Under the pieces are notes generated by a model, which was not told the origin of the DNA, ran no database searches, and saw nothing but the letters and a program-made list of their open reading frames with translations. Shown here one piece after another: positions 1 through 11,967 of a stretch of DNA of 64,000 bases. Origin of the DNA: Lama glama (lineage: Eukaryota); the NCBI GenBank assembly GCA_028534125.1, contig CM052838.1, positions 62,930,001-62,994,000 of the forward strand. Direction: 5' to 3'. A program made the translations under genes and the position numbers. The stretch's first letter is position 1. Each line of letters begins with the position of its first letter.

Positions 1-100
1 CTCAGTGGGAGGATTGTGTGAGTTCTTTTCATTTATTTTTTGTATATATTTAATTTACTTTTTACAATGAACATAAAAAAATGAAAGTTACTTTTAAAAA
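1..100 (+). mobile_element. 3' end of an old L1 (L1M) with A-rich tail
   Basis: Resembles L1M 3'UTR termini (ttttcatttatttttgtat...tttacaatgaacat) followed by an A-rich run; truncated by the window edge. Confidence 0.45.
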
Positions 101-1199
101 TAGATTGAAGCATGGGGTCAGTCTGAGAGCCAGTGGAAGAGTGACCCGAATGTGGCAGATTGTTTGCTTCCAAGCTGGTCACCCTCACAAGTCTGTCTTG
201 CCGTGGACTTGGGCTGCCATGTCTTATTTTGAAGCTGTTTCTGGTCTCTCAGATGGACGTTTTATTAGAGATAAACTTTTATTTTTTTGCTGTGTATTTA
301 AATACCTAGATCTCTTCCTTTCTACATGGAAATTCTGATCTGAAAATAGAGATACCTAAGAGATAAAGAGAGGGGTAAATATACTTAATCTGTTTTTGAG
401 TTGTCCCGTGGTCTACACCCTGAGACACGGGGCTGTGTAAGAAGCGGGGGTGAGGCTGGCGGGAAACAGTGGACAAGTGGAAAGATAACACTCGAGAGCT
501 GGTGAGATTGTGTGCACCTAGGGCTCAGATTATTTTTGGAAAATGTCAGAAAGCTTGGCAAGATCACTTTGTTAAATAATTATAAAAAATGACAAGGCAG
601 CAACAGCAGAGCATTGAACTAAGTGCGAGGGATTTCTAAGGAACAGGGGCCTATACAGTGACCCTAATTCCTGGAGGGTGAATTGGAGGTCAAAGGGCTT
701 CCATCTCTCAGCAGGGAGTGAAGGGGCCAGACGTGGACTTAACACGGAAAGAGCTGGAGCTGAATGCTGCCTGATGTAGACGTGGCCCCTCCTGGCTGGG
801 GACAAAGTGGAGGCAGTGCTGGTCAAGGTTGGATGGCTTGTCAGGGCCAGGGCCACGGCTCCCGGCTCTGTGTGTGTGGTCTGTGGTCGCTGCCACACCC
901 ACTTAGGGGAAGGTATGTCATGTGCTCCGATCAATCCAAATGCCAGGAATGCAGGGGAGGACGGGACAGTGCAGGGAATACGGAAAGTAGTGCAAATCCA
1001 GCTGCACGGGGCGGAGCTGGGTGCGGGGGGCACTCGTGGCTGCTGGGAGAGAAAAAACCAAGTGAAAGAAAATCGTGGAGAAGCCATGTGGAGTGGGCAT
1101 GGCCTTTAGCCCTTTCAGGGGACCCGAGCATGTTCTCAGTCTTTCAGGAGTTTGGCTGTGCCGCTTTCCGATCCCTCTCTCCCTCCGTCACCCGTCTCC

Positions 1200-1500
1200 C
1201 TCTGTTCTCTTTAATTACTGTGTTTGGGCCTCTTCTGGTTTAATCGCACAGTGTCTGTCACGGGGTGGCATCTCATTAATAGGACACTTTCTTCAGTTCT
1301 TATTTAGCAAAAGGTGATCCATGACCCACTCCCAGCGTGAGCCTTTGCAGAGCTGGGTTCTGCTCCGGACGACTTGCTGAGTTAGCAGCTTGGCTGGGCG
1401 AGCGGAGCGTCCTCCCCGAGTCCCGCGTGCGCGCAGACGCTAATTAGCAGGGCGCGCCCTCCACGCGTTCACACAGGGGGACGCCGGGGTCTCGGCGCAT
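1200..1500. promoter_or_regulatory. Candidate conserved non-coding element / enhancer
   Basis: Non-repetitive and locally CpG-rich; near-palindromic MARE-like TGCTGAGTTAGCA (1375-1387), perfect palindrome GCTAATTAGC (1439-1448), several TAAT/ATTA cores. Confidence 0.4.
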
Positions 1501-1834
1501 CTCTCCCATGGCCTGGCTCTTTCCAAGGCCTCTTTCACTTCCTCTTTCCCTGTGTCTTACGGAGAGACTGCTTATTCTTCCGTCCACTCACCTTCTAACC
1601 GCGTCACGGCCAAGGTTTCCATCTGTCGCCAAGTCATCACCTCGCTCTTGGGACACAAAGGCATCCATACAAAACGCCCACTCCAGTGCCGGACCCAAAG
1701 ACGTGCTGTGAGGAGCAGTAGAGTTATCGAGGGTGCTGTGTGGTTTGTGTCATTAGATGAATGGAATTCACCTCTGGGAATCTTAGGAATGTGAAACCAT
1801 ACATGTATATTTTTATCCTTCCAAAGGAGTCTGG

Positions 1835-2558
1835 CCACAATGAGATACCGCCTCACATCCATTACTATGGCTACCATCAACAGAACAGAATAGTAAGTGT
1901 TGGGGATGTGGAGAAATTGAAATCCTTGTGCACTGGTGATGGGATTGTAAGATGGTACAGTTGCTGTGGAAAACGGCATGGCAGCTCCTCAAAAATTTAA
2001 AAATAGAATTACTACGTGATGAAGCAATGGACTTCTGGGTATGNNNNNNNNNNNNNNNNNNNNNNNNNNNNNNNNNNNNNNNNNNNNNNNNNNNNNNNNN
2101 NNNNNNNNNNNNNNNNNNNNNNNNNNNNNNNNNNNNNNNNNNNNNNNNNNNNNNNNNNNNNNNNNNNNNNNNNNNNNNNNNNNNNNNNNNNNNNNNNNNN
2201 NNNNNNNNNNNNNNNNNNNNNNNNNNNNNNNTGCTGCAACATGGATGAAACCTGAAGGCATTATGCTAAGTGAAGCAAGCCAGATATAAAAGGACAAATA
2301 CTCTGCGATGCCACTGATACGAGGTCCCTCGAGTAGTCCGATCCTTAGAGACAAAGCAGAATGGTGGTTGCCGAGGGCTGTGGAGGAGGGGGTTAGGGAG
2401 CTATTGTTTACTGGGTACAGTTTCCGCTTTGCAAAATGAAGACTTTCGGAGATGGAGGGTGGTGACGGTGCAGAACAACGTAGTCAACTGTGCACTTAAA
2501 AATGGTTATGGTGGAAAACTTTATGTTTTTGTATTTTACCACAATTAAAAAGAAAAGA
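1835..2558 (+). mobile_element. L1 (L1MB-like) 3' fragment: end of ORF2 plus 3'UTR
   Basis: ccacaatgagatacc..., gctgtggaaaac, caacatggatgaaacctgaaggcattatgctaagtgaa, gaatggtggttgcc, ending tattttaccacaattaaaaa. Confidence 0.9.
2044..2231. other. Assembly gap (188 N)
   Basis: Run of N inside the L1. Confidence 1.
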
Positions 2559-4149
2559 CACCTGGATGCCTAGAAGTAATCCTCAGAAGAAATACTGTAA
2601 ATGAATATGAATTAGGATGAGTTCGAGAATGGCAGGTTGTTGCTACATCCTAATGAAAATTTGTCTCGTATGTCAGTTATTAATAAAAGCTCCCAGATTG
2701 TCTGTTCACGACCGGGAGAGAACCCAGGAGATCTTGACCAGGGTCATGGGACGTCTGGGTTTGTCAGGACAGAGTGTCCCTGGGCCCTGCCCAGGATGTG
2801 CCCGTGCTGGCTGGTGGCCGTGCGCCCGCACACGGAGGGCACCTGGCAGCCGGGCTTCTGTCTCGCCAGGAGTCCAGGCGGTCACGGAGATTCATCTTCA
2901 TTCTGGCACCTGCTGTGATCACCCCGCCAGCCCTGCGCTTGGTCAGCCCCGGTCGGGAATCCAGCCTGGTTCCGTTTTCAATTTTGGAAGCATTGTTGCG
3001 GATTAAAAACCGGTCAAATGATGGGAAAGAGTCATAGTGAGCAGCTGCTCTGTACCCAGCGCCCTGCCAAAGCCTAAATGAGCCTTCGGGAAGCTTCAGA
3101 GTGATGAGGGCCCGGCTCCCAGCAGGAGTGATGCGTGCCCCAGGAACGGCAGCGTGTGGGGCGGGATGTGCAGCTCGGGGAGGACCTGTCCGCGCCTGCC
3201 AGTCCCTCCCAGAGCCCACGAGTACACACGGAAACCCGAGTGGCCAAGTTTCTGGTCAAACTTTAAGGACTCACCAGTGCAGACACAGGACAACCTGGAC
3301 AGTTCTTAAGTAGTTGGTTCATCTACTCAGCTCTTTGTAAAAAGATCCCCAAGGACACAACACAGAAGAACCACTCATTTTCTATTGCTTGTGTGTCTGT
3401 GATTTCTTCGCTTCTTTTATGTCCATTTCGTACCCGTAACGATCATCTGCGTGCGGACAGCTGGCTGAACCACTGAGCTCTTTGGTGAACAAGTCAAACG
3501 CAGAACGTCAGGGCCGTCTTCTGACCCACTCTGGGGGGGTCAGTTGATCGTTTGGGAGGATAGCAAAAAATGAACTGTTCTTGGTTGTTAAACGTGGGCT
3601 CAGCCTCAGAGCCAAGCCCTGGGGTCCTCGTCTCTGCTGTGGAGGGGACAGTCAGCCAGCCTCAGCCTGGGCGGAGCCCGGGGAGCCTGGCGCCGGGCGG
3701 GGAGCAGGAGCTCTCTTCCCAGGCGCTCTCGAAAGACCTCTGTCCAAGTCCTTCTTTGCAAGCTGTGCGGAGTCCCACGTGGGGGGCCGCTGGCTCAGAC
3801 AGGCCTCACAGCAGAGGAGAAGCCCCCCACGTCCCAGGACAAAGTATCGAGAGGGTCTGTGCCCCCTTACAAGCAGTGCTTCTGTCTCTGGGAGCAGGAC
3901 AACGCAGAGGGGGCGGCAGGCATGGAAGTGCAGGGAAGCTGAGCGAAGGCGGGAGGCTGGGCAGGTGCGGGGAGGGGGCTGAGTCCAGGGCTATGAGCAT
4001 CTGTGGCCAGCAGTGACAGCCACACGTGGGCACTGGGATGCAGGCAGAGTTGTCATTGTTCAGCTCGCTTTTTACAGTAACACTCGAGGATAACTAAAAC
4101 ACGTATTTTTCCGTTCTTTCACACAAAGATGTTCGTTTGGGGTGTTTCC

Positions 4150-4570
4150 TTCTATTCTTCATTCGTACCTTTGCAGGGTGCATAAGTGTTTTGTAGACAA
4201 TGTTTATTATGCTTTCTTATTTAACATGAGACCATTATTAAAAAAATTGCTGTGATGATAATACACACGTAATTTCAGGTGCAAAACTTCTCTCCACTTG
4301 ACATACTGTGTATTTAACCGTTCCCGCTTTGGTGGATATTTTGGGTTACTTCTAATCTTTTAATTATTATGAAAGGTGGGGAATGCTATGTCTTTGGAAA
4401 AGCAGTTTTTCTCATTTTGAATCATTTCCTGACGCCAAGTATTTGTTACTGGCTGAGAGGTAACTTGGTTCTGCTGCTGCTGGCTGCCAGTACCAGCAAT
4501 AGATGAACTTCTCTTTTCCTGCAGCCTCGCCAGCACCGGGTTTCAGGATGAAAACTTATTTTCTGTTTGA
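4150..4570 (-). mobile_element. Degraded old L1 (L1ME-like) 3' fragment
   Basis: tatttaaccgttccc..ggtggatattttgggttacttcta.., cagcctcgccagcaccggg resemble antisense L1ME 3' sequence. Confidence 0.55.
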
Positions 4571-4689
4571 TTTTTATGCCTATCCTTTCAACGAGTACTT
4601 CCTTGCTCAGGGGCTGAGTGGAGCCATGACCCTTGTGTATTTACCACCCCCCCATCCATAACTGTCTGTTTCTGTTGGCATTTGGCACC

Positions 4690-5180
4690 GTGTGGTACTC
4701 AGCTTTGAGTGTACTTAGGTGGGAAATACAGATGAAGTTCTTTCCTTCGCGGGTCCAGTCTAGGAGAAGAGTCAGAGCGGAGGAAGGCAAGCACATAAAT
4801 ACTTACACAGCCACGGATCATGCTGGGCTCCGCAAAGGGAAGCCCATGTTACATGAAGATACACCAAGGCAGACCTGCTCCGGATGGGATTTCAGAGAAG
4901 GCTCCTCTGAAGACGAGTTAGGCTGAGCCCGATGGTGATGGTGAGGTGGTGCCTGTAAAGGGTGAGAAGAAGTGCTTTCCTGCCGAGAGAGGGGGAGACA
5001 TGAGGGCCAGGAGGTGGGGACAGGCCCTCAGACAGCGTGGAGCCAGGGGCTGAGGGACCAGTGAGGGTGGAGAAGGCGGTGGGGCTTCGTGACCTTGCAG
5101 GGTAAGCGCGGCGGGAAGCACCCTTCTCATCAGAGCATGGGCTTCTGACGTTTATATCTTGACCCAAAACACTTTCCCTG
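4690..5180 (-). mobile_element. Degraded L2 fragment
   Basis: gtccagtctaggagaag.., tcagagaaggctcctctgaagacgag..ggctgagcc, typical of antisense L2. Confidence 0.45.
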
Positions 5181-5919
5181 AACCCACGTGGGAGGTGCCT
5201 GGGTGGTCCTCGGGGAAGGAACTCGGGCAGCACGGAGGCCTGGACCTCGAGATCGGTTTTTCACTTGTGATGGTGGCCTGGCGTTGCTGGCACACAGCCA
5301 GCGTCACACCCTCCAGGCCACGCTGCAGACAACTTGAAATGCCTCGCAGGTGACCGCCGAGACCGCTTGCTTTCAGTGCAGGTGGCGCAGCTTAGGGGCC
5401 ACCACAGGGCTTTGCCTGGGTCTCCTCTTCACTTGTCAGAGGCAGGCAGTTACACCAGAGATACTGTGAGAAACTCTCTCTAGACGCCCCGTCGTCTCCC
5501 AGGGACGCTCACGTACTGTGAGCCCCTACTGCTTTTTCACTCAAACCTGTGTATCCACATCTAAACTTAACACTTCCATGAAGGAGGCCACTGGACCTTC
5601 CCGGTGATGTGCCCAGGGGTCTGCAAAGGCTTGTTTCCCTGGGATTTGCGTTCATGATCCTGGACAGCTGTAGGAGTTACCCTGAAAAAGAGCCTGGGCT
5701 AGAAATAAAAATGCAGCAAATAAAGTGCAAATTCTTACAACCATCTCACTGAGTGTTCCTTGGTTACCTGTTACATGCCAGCGCTGCTTCTGGGAAGAAA
5801 TATTAGCCATTTGTCATTTTGGTTTTGGAAAAACACATTGATAAACAACCATATTTGGAATCACTCAGACATCTAATTTCAATAAACATTTATATCTAAT
5901 GTATTTATAATCCTCAAAT

Positions 5920-7035
5920 CTCATTTTAAATTTTAGTTTGTTATGGAGATATAACATATGCAACAGAATGTATAAAATGTTCTGATAATCTTTAATGTAC
6001 AGTCTGATGGATTTTTACATGTCTCCTCCCAGACACTTCCAGCCCTCAGAGGCTTCCTTCACTCCTATTGTGAAGGAAAAGCCGGGCTGGTTTAACAAGA
6101 TAACTCACAAGTCTAGGAATGTGAAAGAGAGGCTGGGCTGGGCTAACAAGATAACTCACAAATCTAAGTATCGGAATACTGATCTGAGTTCTGCTGGACT
6201 AACTTGTAAATCTAAGTTAATTAGTGTTGATTTGCTGTTCATGTTTTTTTGCTAGCCAGCTGGATTTTCAAAGAGACATATCTGGCTTTGGAATGTTGGT
6301 TTGCTGCCTCCCTGCCTCCACTTTTGTGATAATGATGCTACTAAAGCTGTTCCATGCCTATTGGCCGAATACCCCAAGCTTGTACTTTACCCTATAAAAC
6401 CTCACGCGCACATCTTGGAGGTGCTCAGAGCTTCGGAGCAGAAGCCCCTCTGAGCCCAACGGTGTAATACATCTGAGCGCTCCAGCCCTCCGAGTGGTGC
6501 TTGTTTCTTGGCTGGCCTGTTGTTTCCGTAACGCTATTTCTACTCAATATATCCTTCCCCGAAGGACTCTCTATCCTGAAGTCTTTCGCTAGCCATTAGC
6601 TTTTCTTGTTCTTGACACTTATATAAATAGAATCACGTGCTGTGTACTTTTTTGTGCTTGGCTTTTTTCTCTAAACGTAATATCTGAGATTGCGCCTTGT
6701 TGCATGTATCAGTAGCTTATTCTTTGTTGAATTCCACAATTTGTTTATTTATAAGTCTGTTGATGGACACTTGGATTGTTCCTAGTTTGGGGCTATTATA
6801 TGCAGAGCTGCTCTGAAGATTCTTGTACACGTCTTTTTTGGACATATGCATTCACTTCTCTTGGATATACCTGGGAACAGAGTTGCCATGTCATAGGCTG
6901 GATGTGTTTTAGTTTGAGTAGATTCTGCCAAACCTTTCTCTGAAAGTGGCTGCACTGATTTGCACTCCCAGGAGCACTGCATCGATAGCTTCAGCTGTTC
7001 TGCATCCTTGTCAACACTTGGCTTTGTCTCACATT
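5920..7035 (-). mobile_element. L1M (L1MC/ME-like) 3' fragment, split by a solo LTR
   Basis: tatggagatataacatatgcaacagaatg.., tatataaatagaatcac.., ctgttgatggacacttggattgttcctagtttggggctattat; the sequence reads through when 6069-6533 is removed. Confidence 0.85.
6069..6533 (+). mobile_element. ERV1-class solo LTR (465 bp)
   Basis: Starts TG, ends ..GTAACG (CA>CG), exact 4-bp TSD CTAT (6065-6068 / 6534-6537), ATTGG box ~6360, TATAAAA 6393-6399, degenerate polyA signal AATACA 6466-6471. Confidence 0.85.
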
Positions 7036-7048
7036 TAATTCAGTGTTG

Positions 7049-7050
<2 letters not shown>

Positions 7051-7084
<34 letters not shown>
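7051..7084. repeat. (GT)17 microsatellite
   Basis: Read directly. Confidence 0.98.
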
Positions 7085-7086
<2 letters not shown>

Positions 7087-7364
7087 CCAGGGCAACTAGG
7101 GGGAATGAGACACTAAGTATTGAGACGATACTGGGTGCCCTGACTCCTTGGGCCTGTGTCTCAGGAACAGTAGTCAGAGTTTAGGGCTGAGATCTGGAAG
7201 GCGGAGGTGGCTGAGTGTCATAGCTCATCTGGAGAGTAAGATCAGGGGATGAGGCAATCCTGGAGGAAAGTGAGGTGAGGAGTTTTCACGCACTGTTTTG
7301 GAAACCTTCAGAAGGTAACCAAATATGTATAGAAGATATTTAGAGAAATTTTGGTTAAATAGGG

Positions 7365-7840
7365 TTTATCAGATAGGGTCCTGGTAGAAAACAGATTACC
7401 CATTCAAACTGAATAATTCAAGGAAAACATGACAAAGGGATTATTTGGGGAGATGTGAAGATGGTGTAGGGAAATCACAGACACTAATGTACCACCATTG
7501 TGGGTCTGCAGGCATAAGGAAGGGAGCAGTTGCTTGATTTCAAAGAAGACAGTTGGATGGAAAGCACATTGTAACAGAAAGTGTGGTCCTCTGTGGAGGT
7601 CAGCCGACCCATGAAATCCACCAGGAGGGAGGTGGGGCAGAACAGGTCCCAGCTTCACCCTCTTTCCTCAGTTCCTCTGATTTGCTTCCAGTGATCTCAC
7701 GGATGAACCCAACCAGATGCCAAAGGGTAAGGATGCCTGTTTATGTAGACCAACCTAAGTCTGTCTCCTTGGGCCAAGCTAGGGTGGGAGAAGGTGGGAG
7801 TGGACAGCATCCGGGAGCCAGAAGAAAGATTCTCAGTGCA
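7365..7840 (-). mobile_element. ERVL LTR (LTR33-like)
   Basis: agatagggtcctggtagaaaacagattacccattcaaactgaataattcaaggaaa..aaagggattattt matches my recollection of the LTR33 end. Confidence 0.65.
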
Positions 7841-8519
7841 CTGGGTTTGCACAAAGGCTCTCATTTTCCATTAGAGCTTCTTGTAAAACATGTGACCACC
7901 CAACACTGTAGACCCTGTCCCTATGGAATGACACTGAGCTGTGGAGTGTTTCATTTCTGTTTACCTTTATAAAACTTGTTAGTTGATTTCTACCCAAGTC
8001 AGTTAGGACTGGGAAGTACAAACAGATGTCCCGCATGCCCCAAGTCATTCAGCAGCTGACGGGGAGCTCCTGCACCAGAGCACGGCTTCCTTGAAGGCTG
8101 GCGTTGGTCTTCCTCTCTCTGGATCCCCAGTTCTTAGCGCAGCACCCGGCGTATAGCAGATGAGACAGGAGCAACTGCTGAATGGAGATGGAGGAGTGGC
8201 ATCGGGGGGAGACGGGCCTTGAATGGGAAACACACAATCTGGAAATACATGCCTTTGGAGATGACAAATTATAACAAAAATGTCAAGATAGCTCACATAG
8301 TTCTTCAGAAAGTTTAAAAATGAATCTATTAGAAATGACCTGTGAATGTAAGGCTTGGCGAGTGTAGCCCCGATGCCTCTGCAGAGCAGAGAAAGGCGGC
8401 CGGCGTGGGCACTGCTCAGACAGTGGCTTCTTATTTGGTGATGGCTCTTCAAAGCCAGCAGCCCCAGCCCTTTTGGCCACTGGATGTCTCTAGACTGTCT
8501 GCTAGATTGGCCATGTGAG

Positions 8520-9210
8520 CCACAGCACGGAATTTCAGTGATCCTGGTTTTATGTGACACACATGCTCACCATTGTCTCTGTGCAAAAAGCAAAGGCGTG
8601 GCCGTGACTTGTGATGATTTGTTATTGTAACTTGGATTCCTGCTTCAGCTCCAGCTCTGTGTGACCAGCAACCACAAACATGCTTCTCGAGACCTGTCAA
8701 GCTTGCCTCCCAGCAAACCCTTATCCTCTCTCTAGTCACCACATCTCAAACTCTCTTTTGGGTGGATCCACCGACCAAAGCGCTCAGCCAATCTATTTGG
8801 GTGAGACACCTGCCCTGGGCTAAGCCAGGCAGCACATCTCCTCTCCCTGGATGCAAGGAATTCATTTAGGAATAGGCTTATGACACAGTCAGGATGGAGA
8901 GGACCAACAAGACTTACTCATGGGACCCTGGCTAAGGTACTGGCAGACACCAGGGTGTCCCGCTTTCTGAGGATGTGGTCCCGAAGCTGACAGGGACCCT
9001 GTGGGGAAGCTGAGAATCCAGTCAACCCAGGGAAGTAGGACTGAGCGAGGTATCCTGGTGGCATCAGCCAAGCCCTGGGCCAGCCACATGTACCCCTGCA
9101 CCCTCCTTTGTTTAGCCTAAGCCAGTGTGCATTTTGTGTTCTCTTGCTTGCAGTCAGAAGCGCCGACACTAAGGCAGACACAGCTGGAAGCTGGGCAGTC
9201 AGTAGTTGAT
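8520..9210. mobile_element. Old MaLR (MLT1J/K/L-like) fragments
   Basis: cacctgccctgggctaagccagg..ctccctgg..ggaattcatttaggaataggcttatgacacagtcagg; tttgtttagcctaagccagt. Confidence 0.45.
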
Positions 9211-9619
9211 CACTGTGTCTTCTATTTCCCATGTTTTATGATCTTAATTAAACATCGGGTACAAAAGGCATGCTCCTCCCTCCTACCAGTGGATGGGGTT
9301 GCCCTGGATGGAGGTTAGCGGTTTTGGTTTATACCCACTCCTCCACTTGCAGGTCGGTGATGACACACTTGTGAAGGAGTTTGGCTGTGGCCACAGACAA
9401 GAATAAAGACCATGTGAGGGAAGGCAAGGCTTTGGTCACATGATATTCTAACCAGTCAGCACCTCCAAACTCTCATATTGGAGGCTGGCTTTAAAGAACA
9501 CAGCCTGCACTGAGCATGAGGCCAGACAGAGCCAGGGCAGCATGCGAAGGGTGAAGGGCAAGCGTGCAAAGAGGCAGGGCGTGGTCCAGGTGAACAAGGC
9601 TCCGCGTTTAAATGAGAAA

Positions 9620-9740
9620 GAGCAAGGCTCAGGTTCTTCCCAGTTCTGTGAGCTCCCAGACCTCAGTCAGTTCTTTCACCAGAAAATGGACAGTAATGAC
9701 CTTATCGTGAAGATTTGAGGATTGTGAGAATTCAAGTTAA
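9620..9740 (+). mobile_element. MIR fragment
   Basis: cctcagt..ttctttcaccagaaaatggacagtaatgaccttatcgtgaagatttgaggatt (MIR core). Confidence 0.55.
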
Positions 9741-10015
9741 ACGCGGACTCTGTCTGCCATGAGCGCAAAGCAGGTCTCCCGCCCACAGCGCGGTTTGCAG
9801 GGGGCCCCCTCGTGCCGCTTCTTTGCCGTGTGGTTCTGCTTTATTTTGTTTGTACTTTTATCATCATTCTGATTCTCTCTCTTGCCTGTAGTTGACTTTG
9901 CTAGAGGGGCTGATGCAGTTTCATTTCCCCCAACTTCTTAGATCTTTAAGAGTTTGCTGGGGATAAAGATACTTCCGTGGTGAGTCACAGGCTTCCTGGG
10001 TGAGAGAAAAGTCTT

Positions 10016-11967
10016 TTTTTCCAGTTTTATTGAGAAATAATTGACATCCATCACTATATAAGTTAAAGGTGTACAGCATGATGGTTTGATTTACGTATAT
10101 TGTGAAATGATTACCACAATAGCTAACATCCATCTTCTCACATACGTACAATAAAAAGAAAAGAAAAGGAAACGAATTAAGGAAAAAGTTTCTCCCTGTG
10201 ATCAGAACACTTAGGGTTTACTAACCTCCCTATGTACCATACAGCGGTGCTAACCATGTCATCCCGTGGTGCATTCCATCCGTAGCACTCATTTATCTTC
10301 TAGCTAGAAGTTTGTACCTTTTGACCACCTTTCTCCAATTCCCTCTTGCCCCCAGTGCCCTGCCTTCAGTACCCGTAAGATTGATCTCTTTTTCTATGAG
10401 TTTTGTTTCAAGACTCTACATATAAATAGAATCATACAGTGTTTGTCTTTCTTTGTCTGGCTTATTTCACTTAGCAGAATGCCTTCAAGGTCCATCCGTG
10501 TTGGTGCAAATGGCAGGATTTCCTCATTTTTATGGCTGAATAATATCCTATTGTATACTGATACTACAGCTTCTTGGTCCATTCACCCACTGACGGACAC
10601 TTAGGTTGCTCCCATGTCTTGGCTATTAGTAATGCTGCTGTGAACATAGGGGTGCAGATGTCTCCTTGAGTTAGTGTTACACTGTCTTTGGATGCATTCC
10701 CAGAAGTGAAGATGCTGGGTCATATGGTGGTTCTACTTCTAAGTTTTTGAGGACCTTCCACACTTTTCCGCAGTGGCTGCACCAATTTACATTCCCACAA
10801 ACAGTGTGCCAGAGTTTCCTTTCCTCCACATCCCTGCCAAGACTTACCTTTTTGATAACAGCCATTCTGAGAGGTGTGAAGTGCCATCTCACTGTGGTTT
10901 TGATGTGCGTTTCCCTAATGACTAGTGATGCTGAGCATCTTTTCAGGTACCTGTTGGCCTTCGCTATATCCTGTGTGGAGAGATGTCTTCTCAGGTCCAT
11001 TGCCTGTTTTTCAATTGGAGTTTGGGGGTTTTTGTTTTTTTTCGCTATTGAAGTGTATGGGTTCTTTATACGAGTTGTGTTGAATATTGACCCCAGTTGG
11101 ATATGTGGTCTACAAATCTCTTTCCCACTCTGTGGGCTCCTTTCACTTTGCTGATGGTTTGCTTTGCTGTCGTCCATTGTGTTTACTGTTGCTTTTGTGG
11201 CTTGTGCCTTAGGTGTCATCGCCAGGAAGTCACTGCCAGGACCCAGGTCAAGGAGCTCTGCTCCTAGGTTTCCTTTTAGGAATTTCATGGTTTGGGGTCT
11301 TACACGTAAGTCTTCACCCATTCTGAATTAGTTTTAGTGAGTGCTGTACAATACGGGTCCAGCTTAATTCTTTGACATGTGAATATCCGATTACCCCAGC
11401 TCCGGTTACTGAAGAGGCTGTCCTTCCTCCGTGGAGCATGCTTGGCTCCCTTGTCACATGCTGGTTGGCCGTGTATGTTTGGGGCTATTTCTGGGCTCTC
11501 TTCTGTTCCGCTGGCCTGTCTGTCTGTTTTCATGCCGCTTCCACACTGTCCTGTGCCTGCAGCTTTGTGGTGCAGCCTGCCATCGGCAGGCGGGATGCTT
11601 CTTGCTTTGTTCTTCTTTGGAAGGATTTCTTCAGCTATTCGGAGTCGATTGTGGTTCCACACACATTAGAGGGACAGTTTTTCCGTTTCGGTAAAAAATG
11701 CCGCTGGGATCTTGATAGGGATTGCATCAAATCTATAGATGGCTTTTGATAACGTTGACTTTCTGACAAAGTAAATTCCCCCAATCCATGAACAGAAGCT
11801 GCCTTTCCATCTCTGTGTGCCTTCCTCGGTACCTTTCATCAGTGTCTTGCGGTTTCCAGCGGACAGATCTTTCACCTCTTTAGGCTTATTCCTAAGTATC
11901 TTACTGCTTTTGAGCTATTGTAAGTGGGATCAATTTATTTATTTCTTTTTCAGAAATTTCATCATTA
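10016..11967 (-). mobile_element. 5'-truncated L1 (L1MA9-like): ORF2 C-terminus plus 3'UTR
   Basis: Minus-strand ORFs 11666-11875, 11300-11662, 10677-11321 and 10394-10582 translate as L1 ORF2 (CSWIG..KAIYRFDAIPIKIP, SLFxxxSWGN, KRCSASLVIRE..IKTTVRWHFTP, WCSHCGK); poly-T at 10014-10020; candidate TSD gaaaagtctt (10006-10015) / ggaaagtgtt (11968-11977). Confidence 0.95.

Noticed and set aside
1952-2354. ORFs spanning N runs (also 32615-33040)
   Set aside because: Artefacts of assembly gaps.
9790-9840. Plus-strand VPLLCRVV (9812-9835), a few substitutions from the VPLPSCVV motif of KolX, the second Kolobok protein, positioned convergent to the transposase
   Set aside because: Only 8 residues match and the flanking KolX motifs (AAYRxF..W, IR..FP, Cys cluster) are not recognisable, so this could be chance. 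Worth including in the alignment test.
10677-11321. 214-aa ORF
   Set aside because: It is decayed L1 ORF2, not a host gene.
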